From positions 3,616,001 to 3,680,000 of the forward strand of contig OZ257156.1 of the NCBI GenBank assembly GCA_965279375.1: a stretch of DNA of 64,000 nt, given 5' to 3'. A program made the position numbers and the translations under genes. The stretch is from Gemmatimonas sp. (lineage in GTDB: Bacteria; Gemmatimonadota; Gemmatimonadetes; Gemmatimonadales; Gemmatimonadaceae). The notes beneath the pieces are model-generated. The model was not told the origin of the DNA, ran no database searches, and was given only the letters and a program-made list of their open reading frames with translations. Shown here in pieces: positions 31,252 through 41,106 of the stretch (its first letter is position 1; every line of letters begins with the position of its first letter).

Positions 31252-33072
31252 ATGGGACGCATTGCCATTCTGTCGAGCGCTGACGCTGACCAGATCGCCG
31301 CCGGCGAGGCGGTGGAGCGCCCTGCGTCCGTCGTGAAGGAACTCGTCGAGAACGCTCTTGATGCGGGCGCGACCACGGTCGACATCACGGTGGAGCAGGG
31401 CGGCATTGCGCTCATTCGCATCGCCGACGACGGGAGCGGAATGGACGCCAGCGACGCCGAACTCGCGCTCGCACGACACGCCACGTCCAAGATCACCTCG
31501 GCGTCGCAGCTGGTCGGCGTACGCAGTTTTGGCTTTCGCGGCGAGGCGTTGCCGGCCATCGCCTCTGTGTCGGCGCTCGAGATCGAGACGGCGTCGGAAG
31601 ACGGCGTCGGCACGGTCGTGACGGCGGCGGCCGGTGCCGTGATTGGCACGCGGGTCGCTGCACGGCGTCGCGGAACGACCGTCAGTGTCAGTCGCCTTTT
31701 CTACAACACGCCGGCGCGCCAGAAATTCCTCAAGAGTGCGCGATCCGAGTGGCGCAGCATTCTGGAGATGATGCAGCAGATCGGCGCGCTGCGTCGCGAC
31801 GTGCACTTCACGCTGCGGCACGACGGTAAGCTGGTCCTCGATCTTCCCGTGGCAGACAGCCTGCGCGCGCGCCTCGCCGCACTCTGGGGCCACAAGGAGA
31901 TCGAACGTTTCGTCGCGGTGGACGACGTGCAGGGGCCCATCCACGTGAGTGGCCTCGTCGAACGTCCCGCAGATGTGGGCACGGCCACGCGACGCCTGCT
32001 GCTCATCATCAACGGTCGCGTCGTACGCGATCACGGGCTCGTGCGGGCGGCCGAGGCGGCCTATCGCTCGACGCTGCCCGCGGGACTGAGGCCGTCGCTC
32101 GTGCTGCAAGTGCATGTGCCGGCGGACAGCGTGGACGTAAACGTGCACCCGGCCAAGTCCGAGGTGCGTTTGCGCGAACGCTGGCCGGTCGAGCGCGCCG
32201 TCGAGGAAGCGGTGCGGCGCGCGTTGGGCAACTTCGACGCAAGCGCGGGGATCGGTTGGCGCACGTACACGCCTGCTGCGGCGCCCGATTGGACGGCGGG
32301 CGATCATCTGATCGACGCGGCGTCGCTGCGCGCGGTACCGGCGCGCGATGGTTTGTTCGCGCCATTCGCCGACGTGACCGACGACGCGACCGCCGACGGT
32401 GCACTGGATGGCACGCTGGCTTCGAGTACGTCGACGCTCGACGATTCTTCCGCGGTGCGCGTAGACGTTGCGGCACAGGCGGCCGGGTACGAAGAACCGA
32501 TTGTGGTGCCGCCGCTGCTGCAACTCCGTCGCACCTATCTGCTCTTCGAACGCGAGGAAGGTGTCGTCCTCATCGATCAGCACTCGGCGCACGAGCGGGT
32601 GTTGTACGAGCAGTTCCTTGGCGTGCTGCACCGCGGTGAAGCGCCGGCGCAGCGTCTGCTGTTTCCGCTCACGCTGCATCTCGGTCCCGCCGAAGCCGAT
32701 GCCTTCGAGGCCAATCAATCGGCGTTTGCTGCGCTCGGCTTCGAGATCGAAGGCTTCGGCGGGCATACGCTGCTTGTCAACGCGGTGCCGATGCCGCATC
32801 CGCGCTTCGATGCCGAACGTTGTCTCCGCGAAACGCTCGCGGCGTTGACGGGCGATCGTTCGCCGAGCGATGCCAAGCGCCACGAGCGACTGGCCGCGAC
32901 GTTCGCCTGCAAGGCTGCCATCAAGGCGGGTGATGCGCTTTCGCCCGGGGAGATGCGCGCGCTCTACATCGCACTCGCCGAGACGCGTTTGCCCGCCCAC
33001 GACGTGCATGGGCGCTCGACGATCGTGCGTCTCTCGTGGGATGAACTCGATCGTCGCTTCGGGCGAAAATGA
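31252..33072 (+). CDS. mutL: Mismatch-repair endonuclease MutL
   Basis: 'KELVENALDAGA', 'GFRGEAL', 'DQHSAHERVLYE', 'ACK'. Confidence 0.96.
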   Translation: MGRIAILSSADADQIAAGEAVERPASVVKELVENALDAGATTVDITVEQGGIALIRIADDGSGMDASDAELALARHATSKITSASQLVGVRSFGFRGEALPAIASVSALEIETASEDGVGTVVTAAAGAVIGTRVAARRRGTTVSVSRLFYNTPARQKFLKSARSEWRSILEMMQQIGALRRDVHFTLRHDGKLVLDLPVADSLRARLAALWGHKEIERFVAVDDVQGPIHVSGLVERPADVGTATRRLLLIINGRVVRDHGLVRAAEAAYRSTLPAGLRPSLVLQVHVPADSVDVNVHPAKSEVRLRERWPVERAVEEAVRRALGNFDASAGIGWRTYTPAAAPDWTAGDHLIDAASLRAVPARDGLFAPFADVTDDATADGALDGTLASSTSTLDDSSAVRVDVAAQAAGYEEPIVVPPLLQLRRTYLLFEREEGVVLIDQHSAHERVLYEQFLGVLHRGEAPAQRLLFPLTLHLGPAEADAFEANQSAFAALGFEIEGFGGHTLLVNAVPMPHPRFDAERCLRETLAALTGDRSPSDAKRHERLAATFACKAAIKAGDALSPGEMRALYIALAETRLPAHDVHGRSTIVRLSWDELDRRFGRK

Positions 33073-34013
33073 CCGACCTCGTGCTCGAGGAGTCGCCGCT
33101 GCGCGTGATCATGGGACCCACCGCAGCGGGCAAATCGGGGCTCGCGATGCAGTTGGCGGAAACACTCGGCCTGGCGATCGTCAGCGCGGACTCGCGACAG
33201 GTGTACGCCGGCTTCGACATCGGAACGGCCAAGCCCATGCCGACCGACCGCGCGCGCGTGCCGCACTACGGCATCGACGTGCTGGATCCCACGGTGCGCT
33301 ACTCCGCACATGCCTGGGCCGAGGACGCCCGCCGTTGGATGCGAGAAGCACTCGTGAGCGGCACTCCACCCGTGATCGTGGGTGGCACCGGGTTTTACGT
33401 ACGCGCGCTCGTCTCGCCCTTCGATGCCACTCCAGAACTCGACGTTGACCGTCGGCGTGCGCTGGCGGGCTGGCTCGACGGACTCGATGCCGCTGAGCTC
33501 GAGCGCTGGTGCCGCACGCTCGATCCGGCGCGTGCCGCGTTGGGGCCGGTCCAGCGGCGTCGGGCTATCGAAACGGCGCTGCTCTCCGGTCGTCGCCTGA
33601 GTGACGAGCACGCGGAATCAGCGCCGCAGACGCCGCCGCGCCTTCCCGTGCACTATCTTGTCGTCGATCCCGGTCCCGTCCTCGCCGATCGCATTCGCCT
33701 TCGCGTCGAGGAGATGGTCGCCCACGGATGGTTCGCCGAAGTCGAGCAGCTCATGCGCACAATCCCTCCTGATGCCCCAGCCTGGAACGCGAGTGGCTAC
33801 GGTACCATTCGAGCCGGTGTTGCCGGTATGCTGACCCGTGACGAGGTCGTCGAACGGGTGACCATCGAGACGCGACAGTACGCCAAGCGCCAGCGCACCT
33901 GGTGTCGCAATCAGCTGGGCGACGGCGTCGTGACCACGATCGATCCGCTCGCGCCCGACGCCGCGGATCGCGCGCTGGCGTGGTGGAACGCGGCGCGCCC
34001 GGAGCCCGCATGA
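33069..34013 (+). CDS. miaA: tRNA dimethylallyltransferase
   Basis: 'GPTAAGKS', 'SADSRQVY', 'DIGTAKP', 'TRQYAKRQRTW'. Confidence 0.95.
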   Translation: MTDLVLEESPLRVIMGPTAAGKSGLAMQLAETLGLAIVSADSRQVYAGFDIGTAKPMPTDRARVPHYGIDVLDPTVRYSAHAWAEDARRWMREALVSGTPPVIVGGTGFYVRALVSPFDATPELDVDRRRALAGWLDGLDAAELERWCRTLDPARAALGPVQRRRAIETALLSGRRLSDEHAESAPQTPPRLPVHYLVVDPGPVLADRIRLRVEEMVAHGWFAEVEQLMRTIPPDAPAWNASGYGTIRAGVAGMLTRDEVVERVTIETRQYAKRQRTWCRNQLGDGVVTTIDPLAPDAADRALAWWNAARPEPA

Positions 34014-35152
34014 AGATCGGCATTACCTGTTATCCGACCTACGGCGGGTCCGGTGCCGTCGCGACAGAGCTCGGCATCGCCCTCGCTGCACGCGGACACG
34101 AAGTCCACTTCATCACGTATCAGCAGCCGTTTCGACTCCCGAGCTTCCTGCCGCGCGTGTGGTTTCACGAGGTGGATGTCGGACGCTATCCGCTGTTCGA
34201 GTATCCGCCGTACGATCTCGCGCTCGCCGTGCGCATGCACGAAGTCGTCCGCGATCATCAGCTCGACATCCTGCATTGCCATTACGCCATTCCGCACGCG
34301 ACGAGTGCCTGGATCGCTCGCGAAATGCTGCGCGAAGGGGCAGGCGACGTGAAAGTGGTCACCACGCTGCACGGCACCGATATCACCATCGTCGGGCAGG
34401 AACGCTCGTTCTACACGATCACCCGCTTCTCCATCGAGAAGTCCGACGCGGTGACTGCCGTCTCCGAGTATCTGCGCGATGAGACGTACCGGGCGTTCGG
34501 TTGCGTCGGCTGCAACGTCGAGGTGATCCACAACTTCGTCGAACCGACGCACTTCCATCGGGCCTCGCAGCAGTTTCCCATTCCGTCGGAAGTCGTTGCC
34601 GGGCGCAAGGTGCTGATGCACATCTCGAACTTCCGTCCGGTGAAACGCGTGCGCGACGTCGTCGGCATCTATGCACGCGTCAACGCGCAGGTGCCGGCAC
34701 TGCTGGTCATGGTCGGCGACGGACCGGAGCGCGTCGAAGCGGAAGACGAAGCGCGAATGCTCGGAGTGAGCGACTCGGTGCTCTTCCTCGGCAAGATCGA
34801 CGCGATCGCACCGTTGCTCGCTGGCGCGCACCTCTTCCTGCTGCCAAGCGACAAGGAGTCGTTTGGATTGAGTGCGCTGGAGGCGATGTCGAGCGGCGTG
34901 CCCGTGATTGGTTATCGTGCCGGTGGCCTGCCCGAAGTCGTCACGGACGGCGTCACCGGTGTGCTGCACGAGGTCGGCGACATTGCTGGCGCCGCACAAT
35001 CGGGCATCGACATCCTTTCTGACCCTGTACGCTGGCAGACCATGAGTGACGCAGCCGCGGCCGACGCCAGCACGCGGTTCGCACAGGATGCCATCGTCGC
35101 GCAGTACGAAGCGCTCTACGAGCGTACCATCTCCGCCCAACCCGCCCGGTGA
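34010..35152 (+). CDS. bshA: N-acetyl-alpha-D-glucosaminyl L-malate synthase
   Basis: 'MKIGITCYPTYGGSG', 'HYAIPHA', 'TTLHGTD', 'SNFRPVKR', 'ESFGLSALEAM'. Confidence 0.92.
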   Translation: MKIGITCYPTYGGSGAVATELGIALAARGHEVHFITYQQPFRLPSFLPRVWFHEVDVGRYPLFEYPPYDLALAVRMHEVVRDHQLDILHCHYAIPHATSAWIAREMLREGAGDVKVVTTLHGTDITIVGQERSFYTITRFSIEKSDAVTAVSEYLRDETYRAFGCVGCNVEVIHNFVEPTHFHRASQQFPIPSEVVAGRKVLMHISNFRPVKRVRDVVGIYARVNAQVPALLVMVGDGPERVEAEDEARMLGVSDSVLFLGKIDAIAPLLAGAHLFLLPSDKESFGLSALEAMSSGVPVIGYRAGGLPEVVTDGVTGVLHEVGDIAGAAQSGIDILSDPVRWQTMSDAAAADASTRFAQDAIVAQYEALYERTISAQPAR

Positions 35153-35952
35153 CCCTCTTTCAGGCCATTGTTCTTGGCGTTGTTCAGGGGCTCGCCGAGT
35201 TCCTGCCCGTCTCCAGCTCTGCACATCTCACGCTTACGCCCTTCTTGTTCGGATGGAAGGATCCCGGCCTCGCGTTCGACGTCGCGCTGCACTTCGGAAC
35301 GCTCGTCGCATTGGTGTGGTACTTTCGCGCCGAGTGGATCGAGCTGACGCAGAGTGCATTCCGCATCGCACGTACGAGGCGCGTGGAGAGCATCCACGAC
35401 AAGCGGTTGATCTTCCTCATCGTCGCAACGATTCCTGGTGGTATCGCGGGGAAGCTGCTGAACGACTACGCCGAGTCCACGTTTCGCGCGCCGCTGTTGA
35501 TCGCGTCGGCGCTGGCGATCATGGGGCTGCTCCTCTGGTCAGTGGATCGCTTTGCGGCGCAGTCTCGCTCGCTCGACGAGATTACGATACGAGATGCAAT
35601 TCTGATTGGACTCGCGCAAGTGATGGCGCTCATTCCAGGCGTCTCGCGCTCCGGATCCACCATCACCGCCGGCCGCGCACTGCGCCTCGATCGTGCGAGT
35701 GCAGCGCGCTTCAGCTTTCTGATGAGCATGCCCATCACCTTTGCCGCGGTGGCCGTGAAGATGCCCGAGGCCATTCGCGCCGAAGGATTTTCCACGCCAC
35801 TGATCGCCGGTGTGACGGCGGCCTTCATCAGCAGTTACTTCGCCATCACCGTGCTGCTGCGCTACATCAGTCGGCACAGTTTCGGCGTGTTCGCGCTCTA
35901 CCGCTTGATCCTGGCGGGTACGGTCGTCGCCCTCGTGTTTGCGCGTCGGTAA
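35149..35952 (+). CDS. uppP: Undecaprenyl-diphosphate phosphatase
   Basis: 'QGLAEFLPVSSSAH', 'PGVSRSGST', 'FSFL'. Confidence 0.95.
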   Translation: MTLFQAIVLGVVQGLAEFLPVSSSAHLTLTPFLFGWKDPGLAFDVALHFGTLVALVWYFRAEWIELTQSAFRIARTRRVESIHDKRLIFLIVATIPGGIAGKLLNDYAESTFRAPLLIASALAIMGLLLWSVDRFAAQSRSLDEITIRDAILIGLAQVMALIPGVSRSGSTITAGRALRLDRASAARFSFLMSMPITFAAVAVKMPEAIRAEGFSTPLIAGVTAAFISSYFAITVLLRYISRHSFGVFALYRLILAGTVVALVFARR

Positions 35953-35956
35953 ACCG

Positions 35957-36742
35957 TTGGACTCGCTCCCGACATGCGACGAACTGGGATTGCCGTCGCT
36001 CATACATCTCGAGCGTACCACGTCCACCATGGACGACGCGCACGCAGCGGCGCTGGCCGGTGCGCCAGCGGGTACACTCGTCGTGGCGGATGCGCAGCTG
36101 AGTGGTCGCGGTCGGGCAGGCCGTGCATGGAGTTCGGAGCCCGGGGCGGGGCTCTGGATGACGCTCGTGGAGCGACCAGCGTCGGATGACATCATCGGTG
36201 TACTGTCGCTGCGCGTTGGGCTCGAACTCGCGCGCGCGCTCGACCCATTCGTCGCGCAGCCTGTGTCGCTCAAGTGGCCCAACGATCTGTATGTTGGCGC
36301 CGGCAAGCTGGCGGGCATCCTCGCGGAGGCGCGCTGGCGCGATGGCGCGGTGGATTGGATCGCGATCGGTGTTGGCATCAACATGCATATCCCGTCCGAA
36401 TTCCCGGACGCCGCGAACGTCCGTGCGGGTGTGTCGCGCGCCGAACTGTTGCGGGTGACCGTCCCAGCGCTGCGCGCCGCGGCGCGTGCGCGTGGCAATC
36501 TGTCGCCGCTCGAGCAGGCCGAGTGGCAACGTCGGGATCTCGCGATCGGACGACGCACGACGAATCCACTCGCGGGTACCGTCATGGGCGTGAGTGCGGA
36601 CGGAGCGCTGTTGCTGCAGGAAGACGACGTGCGCGTGGTAACGTCGGTGCGTGCCGGGTCGCTGGTGTTCGCCGAACCATTGGATGCTGCGGCGCATGGT
36701 GCGCCGCCTCGACTGAAGGGCGTCACGGAGGACGCATGCTGA
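35957..36742 (+). CDS. birA: Biotin-protein ligase without HTH (group I)
   Basis: 'TTST', 'GRGRAGRAW', 'KWPND', 'KLAGIL'; start approximate. Confidence 0.88.
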   Translation: MDSLPTCDELGLPSLIHLERTTSTMDDAHAAALAGAPAGTLVVADAQLSGRGRAGRAWSSEPGAGLWMTLVERPASDDIIGVLSLRVGLELARALDPFVAQPVSLKWPNDLYVGAGKLAGILAEARWRDGAVDWIAIGVGINMHIPSEFPDAANVRAGVSRAELLRVTVPALRAAARARGNLSPLEQAEWQRRDLAIGRRTTNPLAGTVMGVSADGALLLQEDDVRVVTSVRAGSLVFAEPLDAAAHGAPPRLKGVTEDAC

Positions 36743-37509
36743 TTGTTTTCGATGTCGGAAACACGGAGACCACGATCGGGCTGTTCAACGGCAACCTGCT
36801 CGCTGCGCACTGGCGCATCATGACGGATGTCGCGCGCACCGCCGACGAATTCGGCATCCTGTTGCGTAACCTGTTGTCGGCGTCCGGCGTTCCGTACGAG
36901 CGTGTGACGGACGCGGCGATCGGTTCAGTGGTCCCGCCCATCACCGATCCGCTGTTTCGCGCCTGCGTCCTATACCTTGGCGCGACGCCTGTGGTCGTGG
37001 ACGCGCGAGCGAATTTGCCGATTCGCCTGGATGTCGAGGAGCCGCTGAGTGTCGGTGCCGACCGATTGATCAACACGTTGGCCGCGAGCCGGATGTACGG
37101 GCGCGACACGATCTGCGTGGACCTTGGCACGGCAACGACGTTCGACTGCATCACCGCCGATGGTGTGTTTCTTGGCGGCGTGATCATGCCGGGCGTGCGC
37201 ACCTCGGCGGATACGTTGTCGCGCCGCACATCGAAGTTGCCGGCCACGGAGTTGGTGCCACCGCGTCGCGTGATCGGGAAGCGCACGGAGGAGTGCATCC
37301 GTGCGGGCGTGCTCTTTGGATCGGCCGAAGCGATCGATGGCATCGTGCGGCGCATCAAGGCGGAGTGGCCGGGCGGCGGCGTTCCGCTGGTCGTGGCCAC
37401 CGGTGGGCTGGCCGAAGTACTCCAGCCGTACTGCACGCAGTTCGACCGGATCGAGCCGTTTCTCACCCTGCAGGGACTGCGGATGGCGCACGAGATTCTG
37501 GCGCCCTGA
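36736..37509 (+). CDS. coaX: Type III pantothenate kinase
   Basis: 'DVGNT', 'GADR', 'DLGTATT', 'ATGG'; RBS GGAGG. Confidence 0.95.
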   Translation: MLIVFDVGNTETTIGLFNGNLLAAHWRIMTDVARTADEFGILLRNLLSASGVPYERVTDAAIGSVVPPITDPLFRACVLYLGATPVVVDARANLPIRLDVEEPLSVGADRLINTLAASRMYGRDTICVDLGTATTFDCITADGVFLGGVIMPGVRTSADTLSRRTSKLPATELVPPRRVIGKRTEECIRAGVLFGSAEAIDGIVRRIKAEWPGGGVPLVVATGGLAEVLQPYCTQFDRIEPFLTLQGLRMAHEILAP

Positions 37510-37647
37510 GCGGCGCGCGGCAGCTCCCGCCAGCGTGGCAGGCGGTCCGTCAGTGTGGCGGAACGGCCCGTCATCCTGGCGGGAAAATGGTACGTAACTC
37601 GTTGATATTGATACGGTTAAGACGACTGCAATGGATGGCGTCGTGGC

Positions 37648-37676
37648 TTGACGCCCGACCCGCCGGGGGATAGGTT
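37648..37676 (+). promoter_or_regulatory. groESL promoter TTGACG-N17-TAGGTT
   Basis: -35 37648-37653, -10 37671-37676, immediately before CIRCE. Confidence 0.75.
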
Positions 37677-37684
37677 TCGCCCCG

Positions 37685-37711
37685 TTAGCACTCGGTACCG
37701 GTGAGTGCTAA
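37685..37711 (+). promoter_or_regulatory. CIRCE element (HrcA operator)
   Basis: Perfect TTAGCACTC-N9-GAGTGCTAA. Confidence 0.97.
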
Positions 37712-37765
37712 CATCGAGCTTCGTTCCGTTCGATCCCCTGACACATAAGCAGGAGACCAGCAATC

Positions 37766-38068
37766 ATGGCCACCCAGAGTGCCGCGAAGGTTTCGCCGCT
37801 CGCCGATCGCGTTGTCGTCAAGCCGCTCGAAGAGACGGAGCAGATGCGCGGTGGGCTGTACATCCCCGATACCGCCAAGGAAAAGCCGCAGCAGGGTTCC
37901 GTTGTGGCCGTTGGCCCGGGCCGTTTCGAGAAGGACACCCGTGTGCCGATGGACGTGAAGGTTGGGGACAAGATCCTCTACGGGAAGTACAGCGGCACGG
38001 AAGTCACGATCGAAGGTGAGCAGCTGCTCATCCTGCGCGAGTCCGATGTGCTCGCCGTCATCGCCTAA
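37766..38068 (+). CDS. groES: Co-chaperonin GroES
   Basis: 'PLADRVVV', '[13 protein letters not shown]'. Confidence 0.98.
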   Translation: MATQSAAKVSPLADRVVVKPLEETEQMRGGLYIPDTAKEKPQQGSVVAVGPGRFEKDTRVPMDVKVGDKILYGKYSGTEVTIEGEQLLILRESDVLAVIA

Positions 38069-38093
38069 TTCGATCTTCAGTCGTACCAACTAA

Positions 38094-39752
<1,659 letters not shown>

Positions 39753-39775
39753 GCCGTTCGGCTCCACTGCAAAAC

Positions 39776-39810
39776 ACGAAGGGCGCCCACTCGGGCGCCC
39801 TTCGTCGTTT
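39776..39810. terminator. Terminator between groEL and the susD-like gene
   Basis: Stem ACGAAGGGCGCCC/GGGCGCCCTTCGT flanked by AAAAC and CGTTT. Confidence 0.8.
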
Positions 39811-39833
39811 CCACACCACGCCTGCGCGAGTGA

Positions 39834-41093
39834 TCAGGGCGTGAAGTTCGGATTGCTGCGCTTCTCCGACAACGGCGTCGCGAAGCAGAGGTCGCGGCCC
39901 GTCATATCTTCGGTCGTGCCGGGACGATTGAACGCGGCCCAGCGACGGAAGTCGCCGAGGCGACGGGATTCCAGCCACAGCTCGATGCCGCGTTCACGCT
40001 TGAGCAGCGTCCACGCATCGGTTGCGCTCGACGCGGTCAGCAGCGGCAGCGAGAGTGCCGTGCGCCGCAGGTTCATCGACGTCAGTGCACCCGTCACGTC
40101 GCCGTTGGCCAACTTCACCTCGGCTTCGATCAGGCGCATTTCCCAGCCGGTGCTCAGATTGATCGGCGACGTGATGCCCGCGTACTTGGTCTGGAAGTAC
40201 CAGCGCACACGCTGCGACACACCGTTGTACGTGACGGCACCGTCGCCCAACAGCACGGTCGCGCTGCTGTCGAACGGCACGCGTGGATCGCGTGTCGTCT
40301 TGCGATACGTCTCGAAGAACGTGTTGAAGACCGTGTGTGCACGGTACGGCTGGTTGGCCGAAGCCCAGTAAACGCGATTGTACTGCGAGTCGTCGTTCTG
40401 GTAGTACGGCATGCGATAGGCAAACGTGCTTGCCACCGTGGCCGCATCGGTCGCTGCGCCGGTGAGGTTGTTGCGCGAGAGGCGCACTGAAGCGCGACCC
40501 GCCGTTGCTGCCGTCACGAGATTGGCGTTCGCGGCCGCCGTTGCGACGGTGATCGCCTCGGTGAAGTTCGCCTCTGCTCGCTCGAAGTAGACGGACGCGG
40601 CCTGTGGTGCTCCGCCATCGATCACGCACTGGCAAAAGTTCTCGCCGAGTTGACGGTTGGCATATCCGGCCCAGATCAGCGCCTGCGCCAGGTTCACGCT
40701 CTTCGCGGCGTCGGCACCGAGCACCGTCTTGGCGCGAAGCGCTGCCTGTTCTGCGGTCCAGCGGGCGCGTTGCGACAGGTTCCAGAAGGTGTTGTCGTCA
40801 TCGTCGGTCAGCTTGCCGGCTTGTTGACGCACCGTGATGCCGAACGAGCCAGTGGATCCCGCGGGAAAGACCTCCTTGCTGACTGCGGCGCCAGTATAGG
40901 CCGTCCAGTTGAGCGCTTCGGAGAGGTCACGTCCCGCGCCGTTCACGACACTGCCCAGTGCTGCGGCGTTGTCGAGAAAGTCCGCCTGAATTGGACCGGG
41001 GTTGGTCACTTTGAGCTCGCACGCGCTGGTCGCGAGTGCGAGGAGCGGAAGGGCCGCAGCGAGACGCGTGCGGTTGCGAGAGTTGTTCGTCAT
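39834..41093 (-). CDS. RagB/SusD-family lipoprotein
   Basis: Lipobox 'LATSAC', 'LIEAE', 'ERGIELWLESRRLGD'; RBS GAGGAG. Confidence 0.85.
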   Translation of the reverse strand: MTNNSRNRTRLAAALPLLALATSACELKVTNPGPIQADFLDNAAALGSVVNGAGRDLSEALNWTAYTGAAVSKEVFPAGSTGSFGITVRQQAGKLTDDDDNTFWNLSQRARWTAEQAALRAKTVLGADAAKSVNLAQALIWAGYANRQLGENFCQCVIDGGAPQAASVYFERAEANFTEAITVATAAANANLVTAATAGRASVRLSRNNLTGAATDAATVASTFAYRMPYYQNDDSQYNRVYWASANQPYRAHTVFNTFFETYRKTTRDPRVPFDSSATVLLGDGAVTYNGVSQRVRWYFQTKYAGITSPINLSTGWEMRLIEAEVKLANGDVTGALTSMNLRRTALSLPLLTASSATDAWTLLKRERGIELWLESRRLGDFRRWAAFNRPGTTEDMTGRDLCFATPLSEKRSNPNFTP

Positions 41094-41106
41094 GATTCGC
41101 ATCTCC

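Noticed and set aside
31270..31314. MutL N-terminus deviations (LSSADAD, GEAVERP)
   Set aside because: Catalytic KELVEN intact; cannot distinguish drift from base-call error
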